Of a DNA stretch of 64,000 nucleotides, positions 37,101 through 48,199 are shown in pieces. Source of the DNA: Pristiophorus japonicus (lineage: Eukaryota). Location: the NCBI RefSeq assembly GCF_044704955.1, contig NC_091995.1, positions 15,996,001 through 16,060,000 of the forward strand, in the 5' to 3' direction. A program made the translations under genes and the position numbers. The notes beneath the pieces are model-generated. The model searched no databases, was not told the origin of the DNA, and was given only the letters and a program-made list of their open reading frames with translations. Position 1 is the first letter of the stretch. Every line of letters starts with the position of its first letter.

Positions 37101-40100
37101 ATTTGTTGGGATACACTACGTTTGCAGGTAAATGAAAATAGAGTAAGTGATGTGTGACAAGAGAAAGAGCAGATTGAGGTAACACTGACAATGCATGTAG
37201 CACGTATTGGTGATGTGGCTACCACTGCTACAACCCAAGGGTTAGGGAGCCGAGAAAAAATATAGAAACGGGATATTTGCAAACAGAGGAGATTGAAACC
37301 GGGGTTAGAAAATGCTAGAGAAGCCTTGCGTGAGCTTATGACTTAGCCAATGAGATTCACGCAATGTAAACTAAAACTATGAATTTAAGGGAAACGAGGA
37401 GCTCTTGATTCTGATGGAGGGTGAGGAGCTGTCTAAAACAATGAGAGATCAAGTGGATAGTCCGATGGAGAATAAAAAGTTCTTTTAGAGAAAGGGCGGA
37501 AGCTCTTGTGCTATGCTGCTCACTGCTGTGCAGAGATAACCACAAATGTTATGACCAAGGTATGGTTACATATGGAAAAACTCTCATTTGAAAATAAGGT
37601 CATCTGAATGTGGTATAATCTTATTGGAACATGGTTGTTCAGCTACAGTCAATGGCTGCTTCACCCTATGAGGACTTTTTAAAGAAGGGAGTAGATATAA
37701 ATAGAAGCATTGGGGAAGGAAATTCTGAAATTTAATGAAAGACTGTTGACCAACAAAGAGCAGTGGCTTATTCAGGAGTATTTAAAGTTTCTATAAACTG
37801 GGGCCATCTCGAAACTGAGCTTAAAAATGGACAATTAGCCCAATTGCAGATGAATGCAAATATCTTCTTTTAAGGATATTGAGTTCTTCTCGATATGGGT
37901 TTGAAACTCAAATCCACAGACCGAGTGTCGGATCAAATAATAAATACTGGTTTCCTGTGGCTGACCATTACAGACAGCCAGTTATTTAAACTGTATTAAT
38001 ATTACTTGCATGTATGACTTGGGATTGTCACATAGACTTTGGCATTTTTGACTTAATTAACCCATAAGAAGGAATTCATATTTTACGGTGGATGAGAGTG
38101 AATAAGGCTTGAATGTTTGAATATGATTAAGATGTCTGGAGTTGTTATGAGCGTGTGAATGTAGTTGTTAAAATTAATATATGTTCATTTTAATTTAGGG
38201 TTGTTCACCCAAATAAATGGAATATTTAAGGAAGATGTTGTGCTTTCGACAAGTATTTGATTGTATACAACTATACAACTGCTCAAAAGCACAGCTTTTT
38301 TGTAATAGGTAAAACCAGCTTTGGAATATTACGAAGATACAATTCGAACATTTTCAACGTTTATTTTAATTGACTTAGCAGCACGTCTGAAACTACTGCT
38401 GTGCTGGACGACTCCAAATGGTTAAAATTATGCGGAGGAAAGTTGTTAGTGTGTTTGGGTGAGATTGAGTTCATAAAATACCTGTATTTTGATGATAAAT
38501 AGAGAAACATGGTTTAAAATTACTTTGAATTTGAAGCCTTTTGAATTTTAAAGCCATGACTGGTCATGAAAGAGCATCTTTGTAGCCCCGCTATGTTGCC
38601 TCAGTGACCAATATGTTAAAACAAACCATTGCTGCTGAACCTTTTCTGGGCCTTCCATTTTCAGTTCATAAATTTGGCTGCTATCTGATTAAATTCTAAT
38701 CTGTATGGAGATTCGTTTCTTTTTAAGCTGAAAGGATGGCGTGGTTAGTTCCACGCTGCTCTGATGAAGGATACACCAAACTACCTGAGTACTTCTCTTA
38801 GTAATGGCAATTAGTGGTTCCAGATGGAATGATATTTGTCTAGCAGCATGATGCATCCAAAACTTTTATTATTTTCAAAGATTGGCATGTTTGTATGCTC
38901 TAGTTATGCTAGATATTTCTAATCCTGGGTCATCAGAAAAGGTTACATTGAAGCAATACAGGAACATACCTACAAGCATGGTTATACAAGTACAAACACA
39001 CACATGTACACACACACATACATACACACACATACACATGCATATATACACACACACACATATACACAGACATGAGCATTCTTCATCTTAATGCAAACAG
39101 TTCAGTCTCTTAAGCAAGCCAAATAAATATGCGAACCACTTACCCGGCTCTTTTGCCAAATCAAAAGAAGAACATTCTCTACAGAATAAGAAGATATTTT
39201 GCAAAAGTGTTATCTAAATGTAATTTTTCATAGTGCTCAATCTTTAAGAATAAAGCATTACATGATTACAAATCAGCAAGCAACCTATTCATTGGCTTAC
39301 CTGACAAGCAAAGCGTAAGCTGTAAAAGAAGAGAATAGCGAAACTCAACTGTGGTTAATACTGTTATTGATAATATTGTTGTCGATTAATGCAACAACAC
39401 AATGACATCATCTCTCAAAATTATGAAAATCCTCTCATTGTGCATATAACTCTGCTGAAGTGGGATTACTTCAAATGTGGCTGTTGTTATAAATTGTGAA
39501 TTAACATTAGGATTTTAATAATAATGTGCTGTGCTGCGAATATTTTTTTTATTTACTGGTCAATGTCTACTTATTTGTTTTAATTTTCGCTATCTTTGGG
39601 TGATGATAACAAGTTATATTATCAAGACAAACTTACATGCTATCACACATTCCCTGAAAAATATATTATCACAAGTTTGTAAAATTACACAGTATACAGC
39701 ATAGAAAGTGACCATTCGACCCAATAAATTCAAGCCTATCATGCTCCACACGAGCCTCCTCCCACCCCTGTTCATCTAACTCTATCAAGACATCCTTCTA
39801 TTCCTTTCTTCACTACGTGTTTATCTAGCATCTTCTTAAAGGTATATGTGCTATTTGCCTCAATTACGCTTTGTGATAACGAGTTCTACATTCTAACTAC
39901 TATCTGGGTAAAGAAGTTTATCTAGAATTACCTATTGGATTTATTATTACTATCTTATATTTGTGGCCCCTAATTCTACTCTTTTCCACGAGTGGAAATA
40001 TCTTCTCTACGTCTACACTATCAAACCCTTTGATAACCTTAAAGACCTCTATCAGGTCACCCCTCACTCTTCCTGTTGCTACAGAAAGGATCCCCAGCCT

Positions 40101-43100
40101 GTTCAATCTTTCCTGATAGGTATAACCTCTCAGATCAAGCATCAGCCTAGTAAAAAAAGATTGCACCTTCTCCAGTGACTCTATGTCCGTTTTATAATAT
40201 GGTTTCCAGAAATAATTATATTACTTCAAATGTGAAAAGCATCCAATCGTAAGGTTCCTAATTCATTGCAAAATGGAAAATGTATTGAACCTTCACCACA
40301 CCATTGCAAAAAGGAAATTGTTTCATATTAGAAACATAGAACCATAGAAAATAGGTGCAGGAGTAGGCCATTCGGCCCTTCGAGCCTGCACCACCATTCA
40401 ATGAGTTCATGGCTGAACATGCAACCTCAGTGCCCCATTCCTGCTTTCTCGCCATACCCCTTGATCCCCCTAGTAGTAAGGACTACATCTAACTCCTTTT
40501 TGAATATATTTAGTGAATTGGCCTCAACAACTTTCTGTGGTAGTGAATTCCACAGTTTCACCACTCTCTGGGTGAAGAAGTTTCTCCTCATCTCGGTCCT
40601 AAATGGCTTACCCCTTATCCTTAGACTGTGATCCCTGGTTCTGGACTTCCCCAACATTGGGAACATTCTTCCTGCTTCTAACCTGTCTAAACCTGTCAAA
40701 ATTTTAAACGTTTCTATGAGATCCCCTCTCATTCTTCTGAACTCCAGTGAATACAAGCCCAGTTGATCCAGTCTTTCTTGATATGTCAGTCCCACCATCC
40801 CGGGAATCAGTCTGGTGAACCTTCGCTGCACTCCCTCAATAGCAAGAATGCCCTTCCTCAAGTTAGGAGACCAAAACTGTACACAATACTCCAGGTGTGA
40901 CCTCACCAAGGCCCTGTACAATTGCAGTAACACCTCCCTGCCCCTGTACTCAAGTCCCTCGCTATGAAGGCCAATGTGCCATTTGCTTTCTTAACCGCCT
41001 GCTGTACCTGCATGCCTGATGTACCATAACACCTAAGTCTCGTTGCACCTCCCCTTTTCCTACTCTGTCACCATTCAGATAATAGTCTGTCTCTCTGTTT
41101 TTTACCACCAAAGTGGATAACCTCACATTTATCCACATTATACTTCATCTGCCATGCATTTGCCCACTCACCTAACCTATCCAAGTCACTCTGCAGCCTC
41201 ATAGCATCCTCCTCGCAGCTCACACTGCCACCCAACTTAGTGTCATCCGCAAATTTGGAGATACTCCATTTAATCCCCTCGTCTAAATCATATGATGAGT
41301 TATTGTTATTGTTATTGTGAGGCATAAGTTAGAAAATGTGACGATTTCATAACATGGCTACAATTTTTAATATTTAAACTACCTTTATTTCGTTGAATGA
41401 GGACGGTGATTACGATGAGCAGAATCACAGTAATCAGCAATGCCCCTCCACCTACCACTGCAATCCAATACCAATCAAACTGAAACTTAGTTAAACTGTT
41501 TACTTTGCCACAAGTATCTGTAGAAAGAGAAAAACAATAATGAGTTATTTGTTCATAAATCTAGGGAATAAGTATAACAGCAAATAAAAAAGTGGGACAA
41601 AGAGACACCTATAGAAATAAATAGGGAGACTGGCGCACAGGCAGAAATGCAACTTAATACAAAAAATATGAACGGGAAAGGGTGGGGGAAGACAGAGATA
41701 GCGACATACTGAATCTATGGGCAGAAAGAGTGAGAACGACAGAGCGGCAGAAACTGGGGGAGAACTGCACAACAGCACAATAATACATCATGAAGGAAAG
41801 AATGAAGAAAACAGTAGAGAGTGTTAAATCTGGAACAGATATCCCAAAGCCTTAATGTAATATTGTTAGGTTTCCTTACGCTTTACGGTAACCAAGGTTC
41901 CATTACCGACAACCTTTTCCTGGCCCATTATTTCAATCTCGCAATAGTACATGCCAGACTCGCATTCTGTCATATTCTTAATGTGGATTGATGCATCCTT
42001 CTTCAACTTGAATGCCTTCTCGTCGGGCTTTGTTACTCTTTTCTTGTATTGTGGAGAATCGAAGTCTAAGGGAGTGTTGCCTTTTCTCCAGCTGGTGGTA
42101 CCCACCCCTTTTAAACTAAAGGTGCAATTTAAAGTCACACTGTTGCCTTGGAATATATGAATTGAAGAAGGGGATTGCACTATTGGAGATGAAGCAGCCT
42201 CCATACCTAGTGACACACAAAGAAACACAAGAATTGATTAGCCATTGTTACTGGGTGAAGTATTACGCATTTAGAGTATTACACACTTAGAGCAATGCGT
42301 ACAGTTTTGGTTGCCATATTATAAAAAGAATATAGAGGCACTGGAGAGGGTACAGGGAAGATTTGCAAGGCTGATACCAGATATGCGAGGGTATACATAT
42401 CAGGAAAGGATGAACAGACTGGCTCTCTTTTCTCTTGAAAAAAGAAGGCTTTGGGGTTAACTAATCGAGTTCTTTCGACTTCTGAAAGGCTTTGATGGAG
42501 AGCGAATGGTTCCACGTGTGTGGAAGAGCATAACTAGAGGCCATCAATTTTAAGATAGTCATCTAAAAATTAAAATGGAATTCAGAAGGAACTTCTATGC
42601 CCAGAGTGTGGTGAGAATGTGGAACACAGGGAATGGTTGAAGCGAATAGTTCAGATGCATTTAAGGCGAAGCTAGACAAGCATATGAGGGAGAAGGGAAT
42701 AGAGGGTTATGCTGATAGAGTTAGATGAGGAATGACAGGAGGAGGCTCGAGTGGAGCATAAACGCCAACATGGACTTGTTGGGCCGAATGGCCTGTTTCT
42801 GTGCTGCATAACCTATGTAATCCTATTTAATTGCCGGTGACTTAAAAGGTTGAAGATTTTAAGCATGGGTTTGAGCGCATTATTCTAGGATGGCACTTCA
42901 ATGCAGTACTAAGAGAGTGCATTTGTGTCTCCCGCACTCCCCCACCCCCCACACCCTCCCCAACCACCGCCCCCCACCCAAAAAATGGAGAGCGTATCGA
43001 CTTCACAAAAACACCACCAAAACAGCATATGAGCCATTCACTCATTGCACTTTGCGTGACGTTGCTTTAAACAAAGCGCCTGACAAGTTTATAAGAAACT

Positions 43101-45891
43101 TAAGAAATAGCAGCAGGAGTAGGCCACATGGCCCCTCGAGCCTGCTCCGCTACCTATTATGACCATGGCTGATCCGATCATGCACTCAGGTCCACTTCTC
43201 TTCCCGCTCTCCATAACCCCTTATTCCCTTATTGTTGAAGAAAGTGCCTATTTCTGTCTTAAATGTATTCAATGTCCCAGCTTCCACAGCTCTTTGAGGC
43301 AGTGAATTCCACAGATCCACAACCCTCTGTCTACAAAGCGACAACAATTACAATTCAATAGATATTCATTGGCCATGAGGTGCTTTAGGATGGTTTGAGG
43401 TTGCCAACAATGCAATATAATGGCAAGTTCTTTCTTTATCTCATGCAACCACAAATTACACTTTGGCTTTCATTCAGTAGTATGTCATTATTATTTTCAA
43501 AGGAAATTATTATATGAATGAAAGAAAGAGAGAAAGAAAGAGAGAAATAAAGAAAAACAGAAAGAAAGAATGTGAAAGAGAGAGTGAAGGAAAGATAAAG
43601 AAAGAGAGAAATAAATAAATAGAGGAAAAAGAAAGGAAGAGGAAGAAAGAAAAAAAGAAAGAAAAACGAAAACTTTGCATTTCCAATGCTTCATTAGTAA
43701 CAGTATCAAGTAATAAATTACTTCAATATACTTGATATCTTTATATAATTATCTACGGTTGCTTGATTTACATATGAGGGAAATATAAGAAAAAAAGTGT
43801 TTAGTTTATAGAAGTGGAATATGACTGAAATCCTGGCATTCAATATTAGCGAATTGCATATTCAACAACAAGCTACATGTTATACAGTAAATCTCTACAA
43901 ACTGCATAGATCATGAATTTGGGGAAATTGCTCCATGTGAATTCAGTGATCGGATCAACAGTAATTATCAACTCTTATCTACCAAGCAACAGTCAGAAAA
44001 TTAATTATTTCAGGAAAATGTGGTCAATATGAGGGGTTTATGAACCTGTTCGAACCGCTGGTTATTTATTGAAGCCATGCTCTATTTGCTCTTGTGAACA
44101 TAAGGTCCCATTTGTTATTACAGATTAAACCAAGTTTTTGTATACTAAGCTGAATGACTTCAGTGACCAACTTTTTATACCATGCTAATAAATAAATCAG
44201 CTTAATTTACTCCCTAGATTTAAAGATTAGCATTTCCGTCATTATGCCATGATTATATCCTTTAAACCAAAGCATAAAATCGTTATGTATAGATATATAG
44301 GACGTGTTACATCAAAAACATCATTATTGTAATAATTTCACACACAAAAAGCCTCATTACTGGTCTTCCATATATTTGTGCCCATGAAATCCCTGGGATG
44401 TCTTATTCATTTAAATGCTAATAAGGTTGAAATATGAAAATAATCGATTTTCAAATATATGTCGCATTATTAAATAAAAAAAATAAAAATAGTGTTCAAC
44501 TAACAAGCAATACATATTACTCTGATTGCTATCCGAAATGTGTGGCCTAACTCCAGAGAAAACATTGTGCTAGGAAGATCAACAGAGCACTATAGTCACT
44601 ATTCTGAATATGGTACATATGGCTGCAACTGCCTTGGGGAAAATCAATTCGGTGATTATATGGGTTGATTTTCAAACATAAATGGCACAGAGTGTTAATT
44701 CCAAAATTAACAGCTCATTCGGAATTCAGTGTTGACTTGAACTCTTACTACCAGACGCCTGAGGTTGTATATAATGCAATGTCATCACTGATCGTGCTCT
44801 GCAAACCATAAGTTAATTACTTTGATGCTAAACACAAATGGTGCCTTAAAAGACTATTGTGGCTCCGTAGCGTGAATCATTTACATCAATCATTTATGGA
44901 AACTTTGTGTCTATTTTGGGCTGCATTGCAAGAGATAAAATAATTAAACTTGGAGTGACCACTATATTTAGCCCTGGTGAGAACATAAGTGAACTACTGC
45001 GTGCAGCTTTAGTCTCCCTGTTTCAAAAAGGATATTCAGTCACCAGAAGTGGCACAGGGGAGGGCTGATTCCGGACCTTAAGGGAATGACGAATGATAAC
45101 AGTATCTGAAAGGGGATATGATAGAAGTATTTAAAATGATTAAAAAAATACTTGGCTGAATTGGATCCAAGCAAGCTTTTCTGTCGGTTACAGGATATTT
45201 ACAAATTAAAAACAGAAAATACAGTAGGAAATGCAGGAGGAATGTTTTTACTACAAGGGTGGTAAAGTGCGTGAATCTTGTTATTGGCAGGGGTGGTGGA
45301 TCGAGAATCTTAAATAGATTTCAGGAAGGAACTCAACAGGTTTCAGGAAGGAACTAGAAAGGCTCTTGTCGACAAATGGGATTCGGGAATATCAGAAATA
45401 CATCAAGGGAATAAGATGGACCAGCGGTATTCGCCTACCAGAAACTATTACTATGTTGCGTGCATTCTTTCATTCCCAGAGGCCACATACCTACTAACAA
45501 ACGTACCTAGAAATTGTTTTCTGTAGTTACATATATTTTATGGAAAAAACAGGAAAACAAGTGAAATGCCGTTAATAAGATGCTTCGATGGTGGCTGAAC
45601 CAGTTCCATGCATAAAGACATTGCAAAGTATTCATCGTTTCGGGGTTAAATTTCAAAGATACTAAAGCTAAGGTTGGAACTGGTATTTATTCCTGCCACC
45701 TCAAAAAACAATATAGGCACTTGTTAAGGCATGCTTCTCTATTATTTTTAAAAACTACATGCAATCATTCTATGTCTCATTAATGATTATGATTTTCTAT
45801 AATATTTGAACAATAAAACTACAGCTAAGCACTTACCCGTCAGAAACATTGCAATCAGAAGGAAAATAGCGGTCATTGCACACCGATCCAT
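19050..45891 (-). CDS. Gene A (spliced): NKp30/NCR3-like, CD28-family-related single V-domain type I membrane receptor, ~233 aa; join(45837-45891,41880-42206,41383-41517,39301-39319,39144-39178,30233-30276,19050-19136)
   Basis: Seven GT-AG-flanked exons with compatible phases (1,1,1,2,1,0) total 702 nt with no internal stop: [31 protein letters not shown]...[129 protein letters not shown]. The first five exons are secure; the last two are inferred from phase and splice signals. Confidence 0.8.
19845..21170 (-). mobile_element. CR1 LINE with a younger CR1 nested at ~20440-20925
   Basis: ORFs [25 protein letters not shown] and [25 protein letters not shown]; two separate 3' tails. Confidence 0.85.
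22020..22650 (+). mobile_element. Degenerate CR1 3' fragment
   Basis: Remnant FWSPYF..DIEALDK.QKRFTR; aattctatgt tail. Confidence 0.75.
22735..23270 (+). mobile_element. L2-clade LINE 3' fragment
   Basis: L2 C-terminal remnants: [47 protein letters not shown]. Confidence 0.72.
24400..26765 (+). mobile_element. CR1 LINE ORF2 (EN end, RT, 3' UTR), decayed
   Basis: ORFs [59 protein letters not shown]; ttctatgattctatg tail. Confidence 0.92.
27645..30212 (+). mobile_element. Penelope-like retroelement (RT + GIY-YIG endonuclease) with an inverted 5' terminal repeat
   Basis: [28 protein letters not shown] (RT); [22 protein letters not shown] (GIY-YIG). 27645-27925 is the reverse complement of ~29985-30212. 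Confidence 0.9.
27745..27786 (-). ncRNA. Minimal hammerhead-ribozyme-like motif in the Penelope terminal repeat
   Basis: Minus strand reads cagtt-CTGACGA-agggt-tgtcg-accc-GAAAC-tttaattctg, with core boxes and stem II present. The stem III region differs from GAAACGTTAAC seen at ~30835. Confidence 0.55.
30233..30276 (-). CDS. Gene A exon 6, 44-nt cytoplasmic exon ([15 protein letters not shown])
   Basis: Long pyrimidine tract ending ...ttctgttttgtcccaaacag, donor CAG|gtaact, phase 1-0; lies in a small unique island between Penelope pieces. Confidence 0.7.
30460..30940 (+). mobile_element. Penelope-like element 3' end
   Basis: [26 protein letters not shown] followed by the pLTR terminus ccagcatctgcagta. 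Confidence 0.82.
31010..32905 (-). mobile_element. CR1 LINE ORF2 (RT) with 3' end, relatively young
   Basis: The 402-aa ORF carries [45 protein letters not shown]; (ttcttatg)n tail. Confidence 0.95.
34495..36955. mobile_element. Triple-nested CR1 elements: outer minus (34495-34760 and 36135-36955), middle plus (34765-36130), inner minus (35165-35492)
   Basis: Each host element resumes collinearly after its insert; three separate 3' microsatellite tails. Confidence 0.85.
38994..39070. repeat. (CA)n/(TG)n imperfect microsatellite
   Basis: Direct inspection. Confidence 0.9.
39144..39178 (-). CDS. Gene A exon 5, 35-nt cytoplasmic exon ([12 protein letters not shown])
   Basis: Acceptor tcttcttattctgtag, donor CGG|gtaagt, phase 2-1, complementing exon 4. 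Confidence 0.8.
39301..39319 (-). CDS. Gene A exon 4, 19-nt cytoplasmic micro-exon (AYALLV)
   Basis: Acceptor ttctcttcttttacag, donor CAG|gtaagc, phase 1-2. Confidence 0.8.
39690..40215 (-). mobile_element. CR1 3' fragment
   Basis: [19 protein letters not shown]...[13 protein letters not shown]. Confidence 0.82.
40325..41292 (-). mobile_element. CR1 LINE 3' part
   Basis: ORFs [10 protein letters not shown] and [22 protein letters not shown]...; (ttctatgt)n tail. Confidence 0.92.
41383..41517 (-). CDS. Gene A exon 3, stalk plus transmembrane
   Basis: Acceptor ttgtttttctctttctacag, donor AAG|gtagtt, phase 1-1: (H)[44 protein letters not shown]. Confidence 0.9.
41880..42206 (-). CDS. Gene A exon 2, Ig V-set (V-J type) domain, NKp30/NCR3-like
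   Basis: Acceptor tttctttgtgtgtcactag, donor C|gtaagg, phase 1-1. Shows VQSP start, B-strand VTLNC, C-strand W (TSWRK), E-strand ASIHI, F-strand ESGMYYC and J-like GNGTLVTV. The ending CEIEIMG...GNGT resembles NKp30 CRVEVLG...GNGT (recalled). Confidence 0.93.
42270..42830 (+). mobile_element. CR1 3' fragment just upstream of the V-exon acceptor
   Basis: Remnant [24 protein letters not shown]; CR1 UTR. Confidence 0.82.
43090..43330 (-). mobile_element. CR1 3' end
   Basis: agcaggagtaggccac...cccctcgagcctgctcc as in the other CR1 UTRs. Confidence 0.8.
43515..43672. repeat. (GAAA)n purine-rich low-complexity tract
   Basis: Direct inspection. Confidence 0.85.
45837..45891 (-). CDS. Gene A exon 1, signal peptide
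   Basis: ATG GAT CGG TGT...CTG ACG G|gtaagt = [18 protein letters not shown](G); hydrophobic leader with a consensus phase-1 donor matching the V exon. Confidence 0.85.
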
Positions 45892-46282
45892 GATTATTGT
45901 TACTGACTGGTTTGAAACAGGAAAGCACATTTCGTTAGTCTGAGTTGCAGCAGGAGATAAGATCAGCCTTCAGCGTGAGACCATGTTGAGTTCCCCAGCA
46001 CGAAATGGCACAGCATAAACAGCGGTTTGCTGGTAATGGTACAGCGAGGGTTTGTGACATACTGAACTGACAGGCCCACATCTGACAGGATGTGTGGCGT
46101 CAACGAAATTAACGATCTTGCCCAAGAAAGAAAGAAGTAAGATGGCCAGATAAACATGAACTCTCCTACCAGTCTCTGAGAGCTCGAACAAAATACTAGA
46201 AATTCTAGTTCATAATCCCTCTCTATACAGTTTAGCTCCGGATATGAAATCCATGGGACTCCGCCCCACACTTCCCATCCTC

Positions 46283-47880
46283 TTGGGATGAAGGCCGATA
46301 AATCCCCGGGGCCTGATAGTCTGCATCCCAGAGTGCTCAAGGAAGTGGCCCTAGAAATAGTGCAGGCATTGGTGATCATTTTCCAACAGTCTATCGACTC
46401 TGGATCAGTTCCCATCGACTGGAGGGTAGCTAATGTAACACCACTTTTTAAAAAGGAGGGAGAGAGAAAACGGGTAATTATAGATCGGTTAGCTTGACAT
46501 CAGTAATGGGGAAAATGTTGGAATCGATCATTAAGGACGAAATAGCAGAACATTTGGAAAGCGGTGACAGGATCGGATCAAGTCAGCATGGATTTATGAA
46601 AGGGAAATCATGCTTGACGAACCTTCTGGAATTTTTTGAGGATGTAACTCGCAGAGTGGACAAGGAAGAACCAGTGGATGTGGTGTATTTGGACTTTCAG
46701 AAGGCTTTGGACAAGGTCCCGCACAAGAGATTGTTGTGCAAAATCAAAGCACATGCTATTTGGGGTAATATACTGATGTGGATAGGGAACTGGTTGGCAG
46801 ACAGGAAGCAGAGAGTCGGGAAAATGGGTCCTTTTCAGAATGGCAGGCAGTGACTAGTGGAGTGCCGCAGAGCTCAGTGCTGGGACCCCAGCTCTTTACA
46901 TTATACAATAACGATTTGGATGAAGGAATAGAGTGTAATATCTCCAAGTTTGCAGATGGCACTAAACTGGGTGGCGGCGTGAGCTGTGAGGAGGACACTG
47001 AGAGGCTGCAGGGTGACTTGGACAGGTTAGGTGAATAGGCAAATGCATGGCAGATGCAGTATAATGTGGATAAATGTGAGGTTATCCTTTTTGGGGGCAA
47101 AAACACGAAGGCAGAATATTATCTGAATGGTGGCAGACTAGGAAAAGGAGAGGTGCAACGAGACCTGGGTGTCATGGTTCATCAGTCACTGAAAGTTGGC
47201 ATGCAGGTACAACAGGCGGTAAAGAAGGCAAATGGTATGTTGGCCTTCATAGCTAGGGGATTTGAATATAGAAGCAGGGAGGAATTACAGCAGTTGTACA
47301 GGGCCTTAGTGAGGCCTCACCTGGAATATTGTCTTCAGTTTTGGTCTCCATTCTGAGGAAGGACGTTCTTGCTATTGAGGGAGTGCAGCGAAGGTTCACC
47401 AGACTGATTCCAGGGATGGCTGGGCTGTCATATGAGGAGAGACTGGATCAACTGGGTTTTTATTCACTGGAGTTCAGAAGGATGAGAGGAGATCTCATAG
47501 AAAAATATAACATTCTGACGGGACTGGACAGGTTAGATGCGGGAAGAATGTTCCCGATGTTGGGGAAGTCCAGAAGCAGGGGACATAGTCTTAGGATAAG
47601 GGGTTGGCTATTTAGGACTGAGATGAGGAGAGACATCTTCACTCAGAGAGTTATTAACCTGTGGAATTCCCTGCCCCAAAGTGTTGTTGATGCCAGTTCA
47701 CTGGATATATTCAAGGGGGAGTTGGATATGGCTCTTATGGTTCAGGGGATCAAGGGGTATGAAGAGAAAGCAGGAAAGGGGTACTGAAGGAATGATCAGC
47801 CATGATCTTATTAAATAGCGGTGCAGGCTCAAAGGGCCGAATGGCTTACTCCTGCACCTATTTTTCTATGTTTCCATGTC
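46283..47880 (+). mobile_element. CR1 LINE ORF2 3' half
   Basis: ORFs [61 protein letters not shown]; tail ttctatgtttccatg. Confidence 0.95.
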
Positions 47881-48199
47881 CTTATCTAAGGCCATGTTCA
47901 TTGCCAAGTTCATTGTCAATATATTATTTGCTATTTCTCTTACGTCTCTGTTTTTTCACAGCTGCTTTATAATTCAGTGGCCTGTCAATCCATATCAGAG
48001 GGCACTGAGAGTCAGTCACTTTTTGTGGGTTTGCAGTCACATGTAGGCCAGACCAAGTAGACGTGGCAGATTCTTTCTAAAAGGCATTAGTGGTGGAAAC
48101 AAGTACGTGGATGTGCTAGAAGAGTTAGCTGCAGAAAAGTAATTGATTTGGGGGTGGAAATATCAAAATAGTGTTTATGGTTGCTGGCATGTAGAATTA

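Noticed and set aside
36960-38500. Possible LTR/endogenous viral remnant
   Set aside because: Purine-rich and coding-like in places, but I found no recognisable motif or terminal repeat.
41880-42206. Assigning the symbol CD28, CTLA4 or NCR3
   Set aside because: No MYPPPY motif, no YMNM/YVKM tail and no TM arginine; orthology needs phylogeny and synteny.
41866-42228. V exon as a rearranging or germline-joined Ig/TCR gene
   Set aside because: V and J-like parts are one exon with no RSS seen, and it splices directly to a TM exon with no constant domain.
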